This document shows, in pieces, positions 8,599 through 16,703 of a stretch of 40,283 nt of DNA. The DNA lies in IMG/VR virus record IMGVR_UViG_3300037313_001084, positions 1-40,283 of that record; one strand, written 5' to 3'. The notes beneath the pieces are model-generated. The model made no database searches, was not told the DNA's origin, and was given only the letters and a program-made list of their open reading frames with translations. The position numbers were made by a program, and so were the translations under genes. Position 1 is the stretch's first letter, and the number at the start of each line of letters is the position of its first letter. The stretch comes from a virus. Taxonomy: Duplodnaviria > Caudoviricetes.

Positions 8599-10037
8599 CA
8601 GACTCCACCTTGAGCAGGCTGAGCATTCGGATTTGGTTGCGCTAAGTTTGGTGTCTGCGCTACTGCTGCAAGATAAGATTTCCTGTCCTGATCGATCTCT
8701 TTGATCAAAACATCAATCGCCGCATCATCCATATCCGGGTTGATCTTCTTGATCGCAAGCTTTCTCGTGGTCAGTGCTTGTTGGAGCTGTTTGATCTCGT
8801 CATCGATCACCTTCGATGAATCGACCATCGGGCGTTGCTCGGAGAAATGTGCGGTAAGCGTTAACCCCTGACTGAAGTCCTGCTTTATGAGCTTATACCC
8901 TGGCTGCCGCTGCCAGTAGGGCTGCATGCCGTACATGAGAAGGTCGGCAAGCTCTTGTTCTGCCGTCATGAAAAACGGCACCTGCTTTTGGCGGTCTTCC
9001 GAGGTGTCCATCTCATCAATCACTTTGGCAAATCCTGACGCCATGTTCTCTGGCGTGATATCGCCCATCGCCCCGGGCTTAATGTTCCTAGACTGTAGCC
9101 AGAAGCCAAGCTGCGCCTTGATAAGATTCAAAGCCTTGTCGCTATCAACTGACGGGTTAATCGTTCCGATCTCAGGCTTTTGATCGTTACTAGGATCGGT
9201 CTTAAAGCTCCAAATCACGTTTGGAGAGAACTTCATCCCCTCGCCCGTGATGTTAATGCCGTAGACGATTGAGAAGCATTGGAACTTCGTTGCGAAGTTT
9301 ACGTCCGAGAGCAGAATCGGAATCAGGATCGACATTCGAAGCGTGTCGGTATCAAGCTTTGGGAGCAAATCGTGGCGCGAGCGGTTGATATAGACGCCAG
9401 GGATTCTTCCGATCGCGTTCTTGCCGTCATATCCCCCCGCGCGCATGAGATCCGTTAGGACATTGTTTTTTTGATCATGAATCAGGAACTCATCTTTTGT
9501 GTAGGTGTAAAAGATGGTCTTGACGTCACCGTTTCGATTATCAACGCCCATGATCTTAGAGTAATGCGTGGGCCTAAGTGGATTGACTGGATCCGTCGAA
9601 TACACAATGAAGCGGTCCGATGGGATCACCCTGAGCTTTGGCACGCCTTGATCAAGGAACGGTTCAATGAATCCATTTTTGAATAGATTGAAGAACTCAT
9701 TTGCAACGCCCATGACGGTATTGATATCGAGCGCCTGATAGAGTTCAGTAAAGAGTGCCTTATCGTTTTCGGTCGCATTGTCTGAGAGCTTTCTGTTGGG
9801 CGTCTTTGCATATAGCTTTGAGAGCTTATCAATCATGCGCTTAAGAACGTTGATTGGTGCTACGTGGCTCTCTGCCTCTTTAAAGCTATCGGTCGAGAGC
9901 ATCTTTTGCAGCGCCTCAAGAACGTATCCCAAGAGATCGCCCTCATGGATATTAAATAGCTTCTCGTTATGCTCAAGCCTTGATTTTGATTTTTCGTATT
10001 GATCTGTTACAAGCTTTAGCTCTTCTTTTAGGCTCAT
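8598..10037 (-). CDS. Portal protein (479 aa)
   Basis: Size; directly after terminase; portal-like segments NAIGRIPGVY and ASGFAK. Confidence 0.85.
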   Translation of the reverse strand: MSLKEELKLVTDQYEKSKSRLEHNEKLFNIHEGDLLGYVLEALQKMLSTDSFKEAESHVAPINVLKRMIDKLSKLYAKTPNRKLSDNATENDKALFTELYQALDINTVMGVANEFFNLFKNGFIEPFLDQGVPKLRVIPSDRFIVYSTDPVNPLRPTHYSKIMGVDNRNGDVKTIFYTYTKDEFLIHDQKNNVLTDLMRAGGYDGKNAIGRIPGVYINRSRHDLLPKLDTDTLRMSILIPILLSDVNFATKFQCFSIVYGINITGEGMKFSPNVIWSFKTDPSNDQKPEIGTINPSVDSDKALNLIKAQLGFWLQSRNIKPGAMGDITPENMASGFAKVIDEMDTSEDRQKQVPFFMTAEQELADLLMYGMQPYWQRQPGYKLIKQDFSQGLTLTAHFSEQRPMVDSSKVIDDEIKQLQQALTTRKLAIKKINPDMDDAAIDVLIKEIDQDRKSYLAAVAQTPNLAQPNPNAQPAQGGV

Positions 10038-10050
10038 ATTCTCTTCCTTC

Positions 10051-10839
10051 TTAGAGTTGAATCATCCTTTGTGGCTCGCGTTCTTTTGCTCTGTGCTCCC
10101 ACATAATCCCGTAGCCTGCCGCGGTCGTGACGTGCTGGTAATCCTTGGAATCGTCTTCGATATAGTCACCGCCCTTTTTGAGCTTTGTCAGACGCCAGCC
10201 TTGATCGAGCTTCTGGCACTTCTGATAGACAAAGAGGCGCACTTGTTTGAGCGAATTCAGCATGTATGCATTGACGGTGTTATGACGCTTTCTAAGTTCA
10301 GGGTTTGACAACGGCACTCTGAATTCAAACTCAAGTTTGCTGCCATCCTTACGCGTATATTTTTGCAAAAAATCACGAATGATTTGGTAATCGGATTTGT
10401 TATTTCTCGTGTCGCTATTCTTGCCGTTGCAGTCGCCGTAAATAATAAACTTAGTGGGCTTCTCAAACAGCCCGCGTTCAGAGTACTCGTCTAAGATCTC
10501 TTTCGTTCTGGCTGTTGGAATGACAGCCTCCTCGAAGAAATGCCACTGGTCATCGATATATTGGGAGAGGCACGTTGACATCGGCTTTCCATCACCAATG
10601 TTAAAGTCCCAATGAATATTGATCGGACAACGCTCATTGATTTCGTAATCGTACTTTTTATAATTTCGCTCGATTGAGTACTCGTAATAGATCTTGCCCT
10701 GTCCGATAGATATCCACTGACCCTCAAGCATCCGAAGCGCCATCTTTGGATCAAGATCTTTCTCCAAGTTCTCGACATAGGTCTTAGGCAAGAACTTATT
10801 GTCACGCGTCTTTGAGTAATAAACGTGAAGATTACTCAT
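10051..10839 (-). CDS. terL: Terminase large subunit, C-terminal part (end of ATPase domain plus RNase H-like nuclease)
   Basis: TRDNKFLP..YVENL, LEGQW, nuclease motif WDFN, YGD, HVTTAAGY. Confidence 0.85.
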   Translation of the reverse strand: MSNLHVYYSKTRDNKFLPKTYVENLEKDLDPKMALRMLEGQWISIGQGKIYYEYSIERNYKKYDYEINERCPINIHWDFNIGDGKPMSTCLSQYIDDQWHFFEEAVIPTARTKEILDEYSERGLFEKPTKFIIYGDCNGKNSDTRNNKSDYQIIRDFLQKYTRKDGSKLEFEFRVPLSNPELRKRHNTVNAYMLNSLKQVRLFVYQKCQKLDQGWRLTKLKKGGDYIEDDSKDYQHVTTAAGYGIMWEHRAKEREPQRMIQL

Positions 10840-11435
10840 GCGCTCTTAGCTTTCTCAAACGGTAGGATCAAATCATTGTAGACCCAATGAGAATCAGGGT
10901 CGTCTGGATTTGTCGCAGCCATGAGAAGACACTCTGGAACGTGACTTAGGCGGCCCAAGCGCATTTTCACTTCTCGATAAACTTCGTTGCTTGGATTTTC
11001 GGTGAGCTCTTCAAACGCAAATCCAGAAAATTCATTGGATCTGAATTTCTGGTAATTTAAGTCCTTCCAAGACCAGCAAGAAATCTGGGAGTGAAAGTCC
11101 GGCAGCCTGATGATGCCCTCAACCTTGTTGTGAATGTAATAGACCTCATCGCCCATGTGCTTAAGAATCACATCAAGCAGCGTCTTTTTAAGAGCAGGCA
11201 TCGTAAGGCGACCGATACCAAAGTGGGCTCCTGGGTATAAAAGACAGTGCGTGACGATAACATGTGCCATGAATATCGATTTCGCTGATCCAACGGCGCC
11301 AGAGAGCAGGACTTCATGCAACCCTTGCGAGTAGTCGAAGTTACACCGGATGTCTTTGATCGCTCTGAATTGCCATTTCACCTGGCGCGGATCGAACTTC
11401 GATAGCGTTGGAATTGATGACGGGATTTCGCTCAT
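10836..11435 (-). CDS. terL: Terminase large subunit, N-terminal ATPase part
   Basis: Walker A GAVGSAKS, Walker B FAFEE, motif III ATNP. Confidence 0.85.
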   Translation of the reverse strand: MSEIPSSIPTLSKFDPRQVKWQFRAIKDIRCNFDYSQGLHEVLLSGAVGSAKSIFMAHVIVTHCLLYPGAHFGIGRLTMPALKKTLLDVILKHMGDEVYYIHNKVEGIIRLPDFHSQISCWSWKDLNYQKFRSNEFSGFAFEELTENPSNEVYREVKMRLGRLSHVPECLLMAATNPDDPDSHWVYNDLILPFEKAKSA

Positions 11436-11833
11436 TCGAACTCCTCATCGTCTAGCCGATAAGCAAGAATGATTGGCTTACGAACATCGCTCTCTTCCGT
11501 TCGCTCCGGCGCTTTTCCGATCATACGAGTTAATATGAAATCGGTCCGATGCTGACAGCCCTCTTGAACCGCTTTCATGGAAATCGAAGCACAAAGTAGA
11601 TCAAGAATCGGAACCTGACGTTCTTCAACTACGGCTGCAAGCTCATCTGGCTTCATAAAGAGATACCGATTCATTGTGCGTTCAAACTCTAATCGCGTAA
11701 TCGACCTTGCCTCCTTCACATCTTCAGGAAGCGCTGGCCTACCGTGTGGATTGCCTGACCGGCCGGGCTCAAAGTCGCGCCCGCCGGTCTTTTTGCCCTT
11801 GGCTATAGGCCTAGCTCCTGGGCCAAAAGCCAT
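11432..11833 (-). CDS. terS: Terminase small subunit (DUF5681-like N-terminus)
   Basis: FEPGRSGNPHGRP motif; directly upstream of terL. Confidence 0.75.
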   Translation of the reverse strand: MAFGPGARPIAKGKKTGGRDFEPGRSGNPHGRPALPEDVKEARSITRLEFERTMNRYLFMKPDELAAVVEERQVPILDLLCASISMKAVQEGCQHRTDFILTRMIGKAPERTEESDVRKPIILAYRLDDEEFE

Positions 11834-12057
11834 TTCATACCAAGATGGCCATCAAACTTCTTCTCGGCGCGATCAATGGCTTCAAAGAACTGAGAATGCG
11901 TAATCTCAATCATCTTCTCTTCCACCTCCCAGTCGTCAGCAACAATATCGCTCCAATCCATAGTCACCATGACTGAGTACTTTGGCCCATCTGACCAAAG
12001 AGCATGGCCTTTTCGCTTAAATCGCTTCCCACTCTTAATGGCTTCAATGATGTTCAT
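11803..12057 (-). CDS. DUF2829 / Tad2-like small protein
   Basis: EAIKSGKRFKRKG at the N-terminus and DIVADDWEV motif. Confidence 0.5.
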   Translation of the reverse strand: MNIIEAIKSGKRFKRKGHALWSDGPKYSVMVTMDWSDIVADDWEVEEKMIEITHSQFFEAIDRAEKKFDGHLGMKWLLAQELGL

Positions 12058-12058
12058 G

Positions 12059-12250
12059 TCAGGTAATCTCCTCTAAATAAGCCTGCGGCATAAACGTCGC
12101 GAATGAGTTTTCGGCGTGACATTCAGGGCATTCGAGATGAAAGAGGCTTGTTTTTGCGATCACAAGCGCGATCCATCTTTTGTTGCAGGCAAGGCACATC
12201 GCTGCGAGCATGAAATGCGGGGCGTTTTTGTTGATATTGATAACGGTCAT
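12059..12250 (-). CDS. Small zinc-ribbon protein
   Basis: CLAC and CPEC pairs. Confidence 0.7.
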   Translation of the reverse strand: MTVININKNAPHFMLAAMCLACNKRWIALVIAKTSLFHLECPECHAENSFATFMPQAYLEEIT

Positions 12251-12405
12251 CAGTGATAATCTCTTCCACCTGTCGAGACGAGAACCTCGATAGGCTCATT
12301 GAGCGGCTCACACTCCCGGTGGTATCTCAGCCCGGTTGTGGGAATGATGATGTGGATCGTTGTGATAAGTCTCCCGCACTTTGCGCAGTAGTGTTCACGG
12401 GCCAT
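12250..12405 (-). CDS. Small zinc-binding protein (51 aa, MAREHYCAKCG...HREC)
   Basis: Translated by hand; CxxC...HxxC; TGATG coupling to the next gene. Confidence 0.6.
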   Translation of the reverse strand: MAREHYCAKCGRLITTIHIIIPTTGLRYHRECEPLNEPIEVLVSTGGRDYH

Positions 12406-12577
12406 TTTTTAGGTAGCCTTCCTTAGCCTTAGGTTCCTTCCGTGGTTTCTTTGGTTTCTCATCGGAATCGTACTTCTTGATCAGCTCATCGATCAGGGCT
12501 GATTTCTTTGGGCACACCGAGCCCGTTGTTGGGATCTTTGGAACCGACACTCGAATGCGATGATCTTCCGCGCTCAT
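12395..12577 (-). CDS. Hypothetical basic protein (MSAEDHRIRV...)
   Basis: ATGA overlap with the upstream peptide. Confidence 0.55.
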   Translation of the reverse strand: MSAEDHRIRVSVPKIPTTGSVCPKKSALIDELIKKYDSDEKPKKPRKEPKAKEGYLKNGP

Positions 12578-12666
12578 CGGCTTGCCGCCCATACGCAAAT
12601 TAGGGCAAGCGCCACCAGAACGAACGCCGCCCACTCTTCAGGATCAAGTCCAAATCGAATCGGCAT
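12574..12666 (-). CDS. 30-aa single-TM peptide (MPIRFGLDPEEWAAFVLVALALICVWAASR), likely first gene of the late operon
   Basis: Strong SD GGGGGGAG; ATGA coupling to the next gene. Confidence 0.6.
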   Translation of the reverse strand: MPIRFGLDPEEWAAFVLVALALICVWAASR

Positions 12667-12718
12667 TTTTCTCCCCCCAAGAAACCGAGGACAGAGAAGC
12701 GCGAGCCGGTGGTATCGC

Positions 12719-12733
12719 GCTGGAGCCGTGCCA
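12719..12733 (-). promoter_or_regulatory. sigma54-like promoter upstream of the late operon
   Basis: TGGCACG-GCTC-CAGC: GG-N10-GC spacing, imperfect -12 element. Confidence 0.35.
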
Positions 12734-12804
12734 TGATGAATCCTCATCTCTGTCCCGAAATGAAATCATGAAGGCGGAGCGCGATCAGCGCACATCGTAT
12801 TAAT

Positions 12805-12867
12805 TCTAATTATCTCTAATACGATCTAATGGTTGAAAATTGCCGCATTTGTGGGCTTAATTAGATC
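12805..12867. repeat. TCTAAT x3 at 10-bp period plus an inverted copy
   Basis: TCTAAT at 12805, 12815, 12825; GATCTAAT 12823-12830 inverted as ATTAGATC 12860-12867. Confidence 0.65.
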
Positions 12868-12890
12868 AAAATACAGAGTGGGGTGACACG

Positions 12891-13094
12891 ATGTCAGTGA
12901 GCAAGTACGCGAGGAAGTTTGGGAAACTTGTGCGAAAGGTGGACGTTGTCTTGGATGACGACCACTTTCAGAAGATCGATGAGGCCAAGCGAAAGGGCTT
13001 CATTTATCAGGACTGGGCGCGCGATCAGTTCTTAAAGGGCTTCCATGAAATTGAAGAGTTTTTGGAATCTAAGCAAAACGTGAAGCACGCCTAA
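12891..13094 (+). CDS. Small putative ribbon-helix-helix-like regulator
   Basis: Beta-strand (VDVVLD) then two helices; SD GGGGTG; divergent from the late operon. Confidence 0.5.
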   Translation: MSVSKYARKFGKLVRKVDVVLDDDHFQKIDEAKRKGFIYQDWARDQFLKGFHEIEEFLESKQNVKHA

Positions 13095-13100
13095 AGGCCG

Positions 13101-13280
13101 CTAACTCGCGCGAAGTAAATCCTCTGGCCCTTGGCCTTCCGTATTCAGCCTGTCCTCAGGCGCAAAGACCCATGCGACTTTAACGATGTGCTGAACCTCT
13201 TTAAGACTCACGTTCTGAAACTCGAACGCGAGCAACGCGATTTTCCATTCCAGGGCTTCAAGCTCTTTGGGATTTGCCAT
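13101..13280 (-). CDS. Hypothetical protein (59 aa, MANPKELEALEWKI...)
   Basis: Translated by hand; directly downstream of a sigma54-like promoter. Confidence 0.5.
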   Translation of the reverse strand: MANPKELEALEWKIALLAFEFQNVSLKEVQHIVKVAWVFAPEDRLNTEGQGPEDLLRAS

Positions 13281-13309
13281 GCATAATTATGCAAGCAAGC
13301 TGTGCGCCA
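13280..13309 (-). promoter_or_regulatory. sigma54-type promoter with adjacent 14-bp palindrome
   Basis: TGGCGC-ACAGC-TTGCT (13309-13294) matches TGGCAC-N5-TTGCW with one mismatch; perfect palindrome TGCATAATTATGCA at 13280-13293. Confidence 0.55.
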
Positions 13310-13453
13310 TTACCAGGCCCTACGCTCGATCGCATGACGCCTTTTAATTATCTCAGACGCGGCCTTTTTGGCCTCATCCTCCGGAATTCCATCTGCCATC
13401 ATGATCGCCACGCGTTCATCAAACTCCTCGTGATCAGGGAGAGTGAAACCCAT
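13310..13453 (-). CDS. Small phage protein (EEFDERVAIMMADG motif)
   Basis: Translated by hand; resembles the common phage FEERAAI...G..EA motif; start uncertain. Confidence 0.5.
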   Translation of the reverse strand: MGFTLPDHEEFDERVAIMMADGIPEDEAKKAASEIIKRRHAIERRAW

Positions 13454-13488
13454 AAACAGGTCCGTGTCGGGATAGATAACGGTTGGGT

Positions 13489-13863
13489 TCAGATTTTAAC
13501 CTCTCTGGCTTTCAGCGCAGCTAGGCAGATGGCGTGAGGAAGCGTTTCAGCTTCCGATTCAATATACCAGTCGTCCTCCCATCGTTTCCAGCCCACGTGC
13601 CATAGACCAGACCAGAACTCGATGGTGAAATCCCACGTTAGTTCGCGTTCAAGCGAAATCGGTTCCTTGATTATTTGCACGACGTCAAAAGCAGCGGCGA
13701 TGTCGGTGCTGTAACAGGGAAAGTCAGGCATCAATACCGGCGAACCGTCTGCGCGATAATCGTTAATTCCCCACATTCCTGGCTCGCGAGGGTTATCCCG
13801 GTTGTTGTTCCATCCCATCACCTTCTCAGTGACGAGTGCATCTAGTTCGCGTCCGGCTTTCAT
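13489..13863 (-). CDS. Phage ABA-sandwich domain protein
   Basis: GRELDALV.EKVMGW...YSTDIAAA...AICLAAL. Confidence 0.7.
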   Translation of the reverse strand: MKAGRELDALVTEKVMGWNNNRDNPREPGMWGINDYRADGSPVLMPDFPCYSTDIAAAFDVVQIIKEPISLERELTWDFTIEFWSGLWHVGWKRWEDDWYIESEAETLPHAICLAALKAREVKI

Positions 13864-14105
13864 ACTTTTTCCTCGCCGAGCTCTTTAATTGCCCTCGCGC
13901 ATTCTTCGCGAGCGTTCTGAAATTCAGAACCGTAATGAGGTCTGGTTACAAATCGGGCCGGGCCAGTTAACAGTTCCGCCGCCATCTCAAGCGCCTTGCG
14001 AAAGGCTACTTCATACATCGCTTTGGCGAGATGCTCCGGGCAACAAGCTTTATCCGCGACGTACTTATTCCACTCATCTTCCGCCAGTTTTTCGATGAGT
14101 TTCAT
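13860..14105 (-). CDS. Hypothetical phage protein
   Basis: ATGA-coupled on both sides; ALEMAAEL...CARAIKEL motif. Confidence 0.7.
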   Translation of the reverse strand: MKLIEKLAEDEWNKYVADKACCPEHLAKAMYEVAFRKALEMAAELLTGPARFVTRPHYGSEFQNAREECARAIKELGEEKV

Positions 14106-14470
14106 TTATTTCTAATGCATGCTTTGATTGCGGCAAAACACTTATCAGAACAGCCTGCTGCAGCATGCTCTGCCGTTGGAGTTGCCCGAATCGTCACTGG
14201 GCCATCGGGGTTCAAGATCAGGTCGAGTTCTGCAAGATAGTATTTCATGAGCCCTCGTCTTTGAATCTCGCCGACCACTTTTTCACAAATCTCTGGATCC
14301 GACGTATAATGCGGCAAAACTCGGCCTTGTCCAGAATCGCCAATGTAATACTCGCGATCGTTTCCTATTTCCTTTTGTCCGATAATCCGATGTCCCATCA
14401 CCTTCTGGGCGACCATACTGTCCCGGTCGCGATCCGGCATGTCCTCCCAATGGTCATAATCAAATTCCAT
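14102..14470 (-). CDS. Phage ABA-sandwich domain protein (paralog of 13489-13863)
   Basis: DSMVAQKVMG...LPHYTSD...CFAAIKA. Confidence 0.6.
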   Translation of the reverse strand: MEFDYDHWEDMPDRDRDSMVAQKVMGHRIIGQKEIGNDREYYIGDSGQGRVLPHYTSDPEICEKVVGEIQRRGLMKYYLAELDLILNPDGPVTIRATPTAEHAAAGCSDKCFAAIKACIRNK

Positions 14471-14505
14471 AAGAGTTCCTTTCAGGCCCTCGGGCCCTGA
14501 GGTCC

Positions 14506-14529
14506 ATTATACCAGAAGTCGCTTCTGGT
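14506..14529 (-). promoter_or_regulatory. Extended -10 promoter overlapped by a palindromic operator
   Basis: TGGTATAAT on the minus strand; inverted repeat ACCAGAAG-N3-CTTCTGGT at 14511-14529. Confidence 0.5.
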
Positions 14530-14542
14530 TTTACCCGGCCTT

Positions 14543-14761
14543 TCACCTGCACCAAAGCCCCCCGGGATTGCCGTCTTTCACTGCCACATAGCAGTTCAAG
14601 CCATCGGGACCGACCTTGTACTTGATTTCAATCCCGTCATCGATATTGCCCCTTGAGTTGGCGCGCGCATTGATGTCCTTGCATGCGACCGCCCCAAGAA
14701 AAACCGCCGTCGTAAACGCAAACCATCCCGCAACCATTTGCCACATTCTCAGTTCACTCAT
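14543..14761 (-). CDS. Small membrane or exported protein
   Basis: Hydrophobic N-terminal segment; ATGA-coupled to the upstream gene. Confidence 0.6.
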   Translation of the reverse strand: MSELRMWQMVAGWFAFTTAVFLGAVACKDINARANSRGNIDDGIEIKYKVGPDGLNCYVAVKDGNPGGLWCR

Positions 14762-15090
14762 CCCGCCTTCTTTCCAATCCCTTCAAGAGCACTCATTCTA
14801 GCCTCAAGCTCAGAGATTGCTCTCTTAAGATCAAGCTTCTCATTCGGTGAGCCTAGAAGTTCACGCTTCAAGAGCTCATTGATAAGCGTTTGATACTTCA
14901 TCCCGCGTGATGCTGCTGCCGATTTCACAGCCTCAAGCACTTCGCCATCCAGCCTGATTGAGATCAAGACCTTTGCCTTGCTTGGATCAAACTGCCAATC
15001 ACCCAAGCGATCTTCGCGCTGGACTTTGTAAGTCCTTTTCCCGTCGCGGATAACTGGAACTCTCTTACTCTTCTTTGCCATGGTACTCAT
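14758..15090 (-). CDS. BrnA/CopG-family antitoxin-like protein
   Basis: KVLISIRLD.EVLEAVK..A...GMKYQTLINELL ribbon-helix-helix signature. Confidence 0.75.
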   Translation of the reverse strand: MSTMAKKSKRVPVIRDGKRTYKVQREDRLGDWQFDPSKAKVLISIRLDGEVLEAVKSAAASRGMKYQTLINELLKRELLGSPNEKLDLKRAISELEARMSALEGIGKKAG

Positions 15091-15310
15091 TCCATTTGCT
15101 CCAAAGTTGGTCGGCGTAATACCTTACCGCCATTTTAATTTTGGCAACATCTCTAGGACCAAAGCCCCTGGTTCCATTCATCTCGGCAAATGTGTCTAGC
15201 CTGATTCGAACCTTGCCGCCATTGCCTTCTACATGGACGTGCGGTGGGTTATGGTCGTTTGCATTGACCTTGATTTTGAGTCCATTGTCTAACCAAACCA
15301 CCGTACTCAT
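15065..15310 (-). CDS. DUF4160 family protein (putative toxin), 81 aa
   Basis: NDHNPPHVHV motif and C-terminal W..WNEYH; start moved to ATG 15310. Confidence 0.75.
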   Translation of the reverse strand: MSTVVWLDNGLKIKVNANDHNPPHVHVEGNGGKVRIRLDTFAEMNGTRGFGPRDVAKIKMAVRYYADQLWSKWNEYHGKEE

Positions 15311-15316
15311 AAAACC

Positions 15317-15345
15317 ATTGTATATACATTCTGTATATATGTCAA
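15317..15345 (-). promoter_or_regulatory. sigma70 promoter with operator in the spacer; leaderless transcript
   Basis: TTGACA-17-TACAAT; palindrome TATATACA-N3-TGTATATA at 15321-15339; ATG 7 nt after the -10 and no SD. Confidence 0.8.
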
Positions 15346-15437
15346 GTATAGCTAAAATGGCTTTTATGGCTGCTTTATGGCTGATCTGAGACAAAACGGA
15401 GACGACTCAGCTTCTCCGGCATGAGCGGGATGTGGGG

Positions 15438-15500
15438 CTAGACAGCCTCGTAGGTCTTTTCAAATATCTCTGGGTGGCAGGGATACAGCTCCCCATTCAC
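15438..15500 (-). pseudogene. 20-codon C-terminal remnant of a paralog of 23958-24230
   Basis: VNGELYPCHPEIFEKTYEAV* versus VAGELYPCRPDIFEKTYEAVI*. Confidence 0.75.
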
Positions 15501-15691
15501 GCCTTCCCCTCATCGGAGCGGGGTTGCTCCATTGCCTTCTGAAAGCCTTCCATCGCCATATCCAAGGAGTCGCGATAGAAGTGATTTGTATCCGGCTTAA
15601 TTCCATCGATGTATCCAACCGCGTGAGAGAAGTCGGCAATCAGGTTAAGAAACAAATTAATTGGTATTGTAACCGTTTGCTTTTCCATCAC
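15497..15691 (-). CDS. Hypothetical protein
   Basis: Overlapping start/stop coupling in the operon. Confidence 0.6.
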   Translation of the reverse strand: MMEKQTVTIPINLFLNLIADFSHAVGYIDGIKPDTNHFYRDSLDMAMEGFQKAMEQPRSDEGKA

Positions 15692-16110
15692 CCATTCCCC
15701 TCATTGCTATCAACGTCACAACAATCAAGTTTTGCGGAGTTGTTACGATTCAGGCCATTATCCGTTACATCTTGATTTGCGGCGCTCTGTAGGGCTTCGT
15801 TCGCTAGCTTTACCAACTCAACCCGAGTTTTATCTGGCCAAATAATAGAAGTCCCTTTTGTGCCGATGAAAACCATTTTCTTAAGAGTAGACACGAGCCT
15901 CGCATTTCGTTCGCGCTCATCGTTGCGTTGTTTCTGGTACATTTTGGCCAGACCCACTTGGACCTCGTGATGATTCTTAAGGGTTTCCAATTCTGCCTTG
16001 AGCGCGGCAATCTCGCGCTTAACCTTGGTCCCATATTCGCAGTCGTGATGATTCTCACGTCCAAACTCGACTGACCTGCCGCATGTTTCGCAGCTATGAT
16101 AGAGGCTCAT
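15688..16110 (-). CDS. Hypothetical protein (N-terminal Zn-binding motif and coiled coil)
   Basis: CETC...HHDC followed by heptad repeats. Confidence 0.65.
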   Translation of the reverse strand: MSLYHSCETCGRSVEFGRENHHDCEYGTKVKREIAALKAELETLKNHHEVQVGLAKMYQKQRNDERERNARLVSTLKKMVFIGTKGTSIIWPDKTRVELVKLANEALQSAANQDVTDNGLNRNNSAKLDCCDVDSNEGNG

Positions 16111-16703
16111 CTCCCACCTCCAACCCCGCGCAGTTGATCACGCATTGCGATTTTTCTCCTTTTCTTGCAAAGCTCCTCTTTCGCCCTGAAAATGAGGCCT
16201 TTTACAGCTGGCACGCTGATTCCAATCTCTTTTGAGATCTCCGCATGACCGAGACCATGAAAGCAGAACAAATCGATGACCTCCTTTTGCAGTTCGGTCA
16301 ACTTGTTCATTTTTTCCAGCAAGCGCGCGACTCGCTCAATTCTTGCGAATTCCTGGTCAGGCGTGCAGCGATCATCTGGGATATCGAACCACTCTTCGGT
16401 CACAACCGTTACCGGCCTTGCCTTGATGCTTTTCCTGTGATCACGAACGTGATTTCTAGCGATCTCATATAACCAGTCCTTAAACTTACGGCTCCGGTCA
16501 AATTGCTCCTGCTTTATGAATACTTTTATAAAGACCTCATTTGTTAGCTCCTCAGCTAATTCAGGATCGCTCGGAAGATAGCGTTTAATCAGGGACAGCA
16601 CCTTTCCCCGCCACTCTCGGTAGATCTCATCCATGTTCAGCTGAGTGACTTCAGACTTGCCTTGTTCCATGATCACTTTTCGTGTTTGTCGAAATCGGAG
16701 CAC
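16107..16703 (-). CDS. ECF-family RNA polymerase sigma factor (start probably 16670)
   Basis: Region 2 AEELTNEVFIKVF...FKDWLYEIARN; region 4 LTELQKEVIDL...HAEISKEIGISVPAVKGLIFRAK. Confidence 0.9.
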   Translation of the reverse strand: MLRFRQTRKVIMEQGKSEVTQLNMDEIYREWRGKVLSLIKRYLPSDPELAEELTNEVFIKVFIKQEQFDRSRKFKDWLYEIARNHVRDHRKSIKARPVTVVTEEWFDIPDDRCTPDQEFARIERVARLLEKMNKLTELQKEVIDLFCFHGLGHAEISKEIGISVPAVKGLIFRAKEELCKKRRKIAMRDQLRGVGGGR

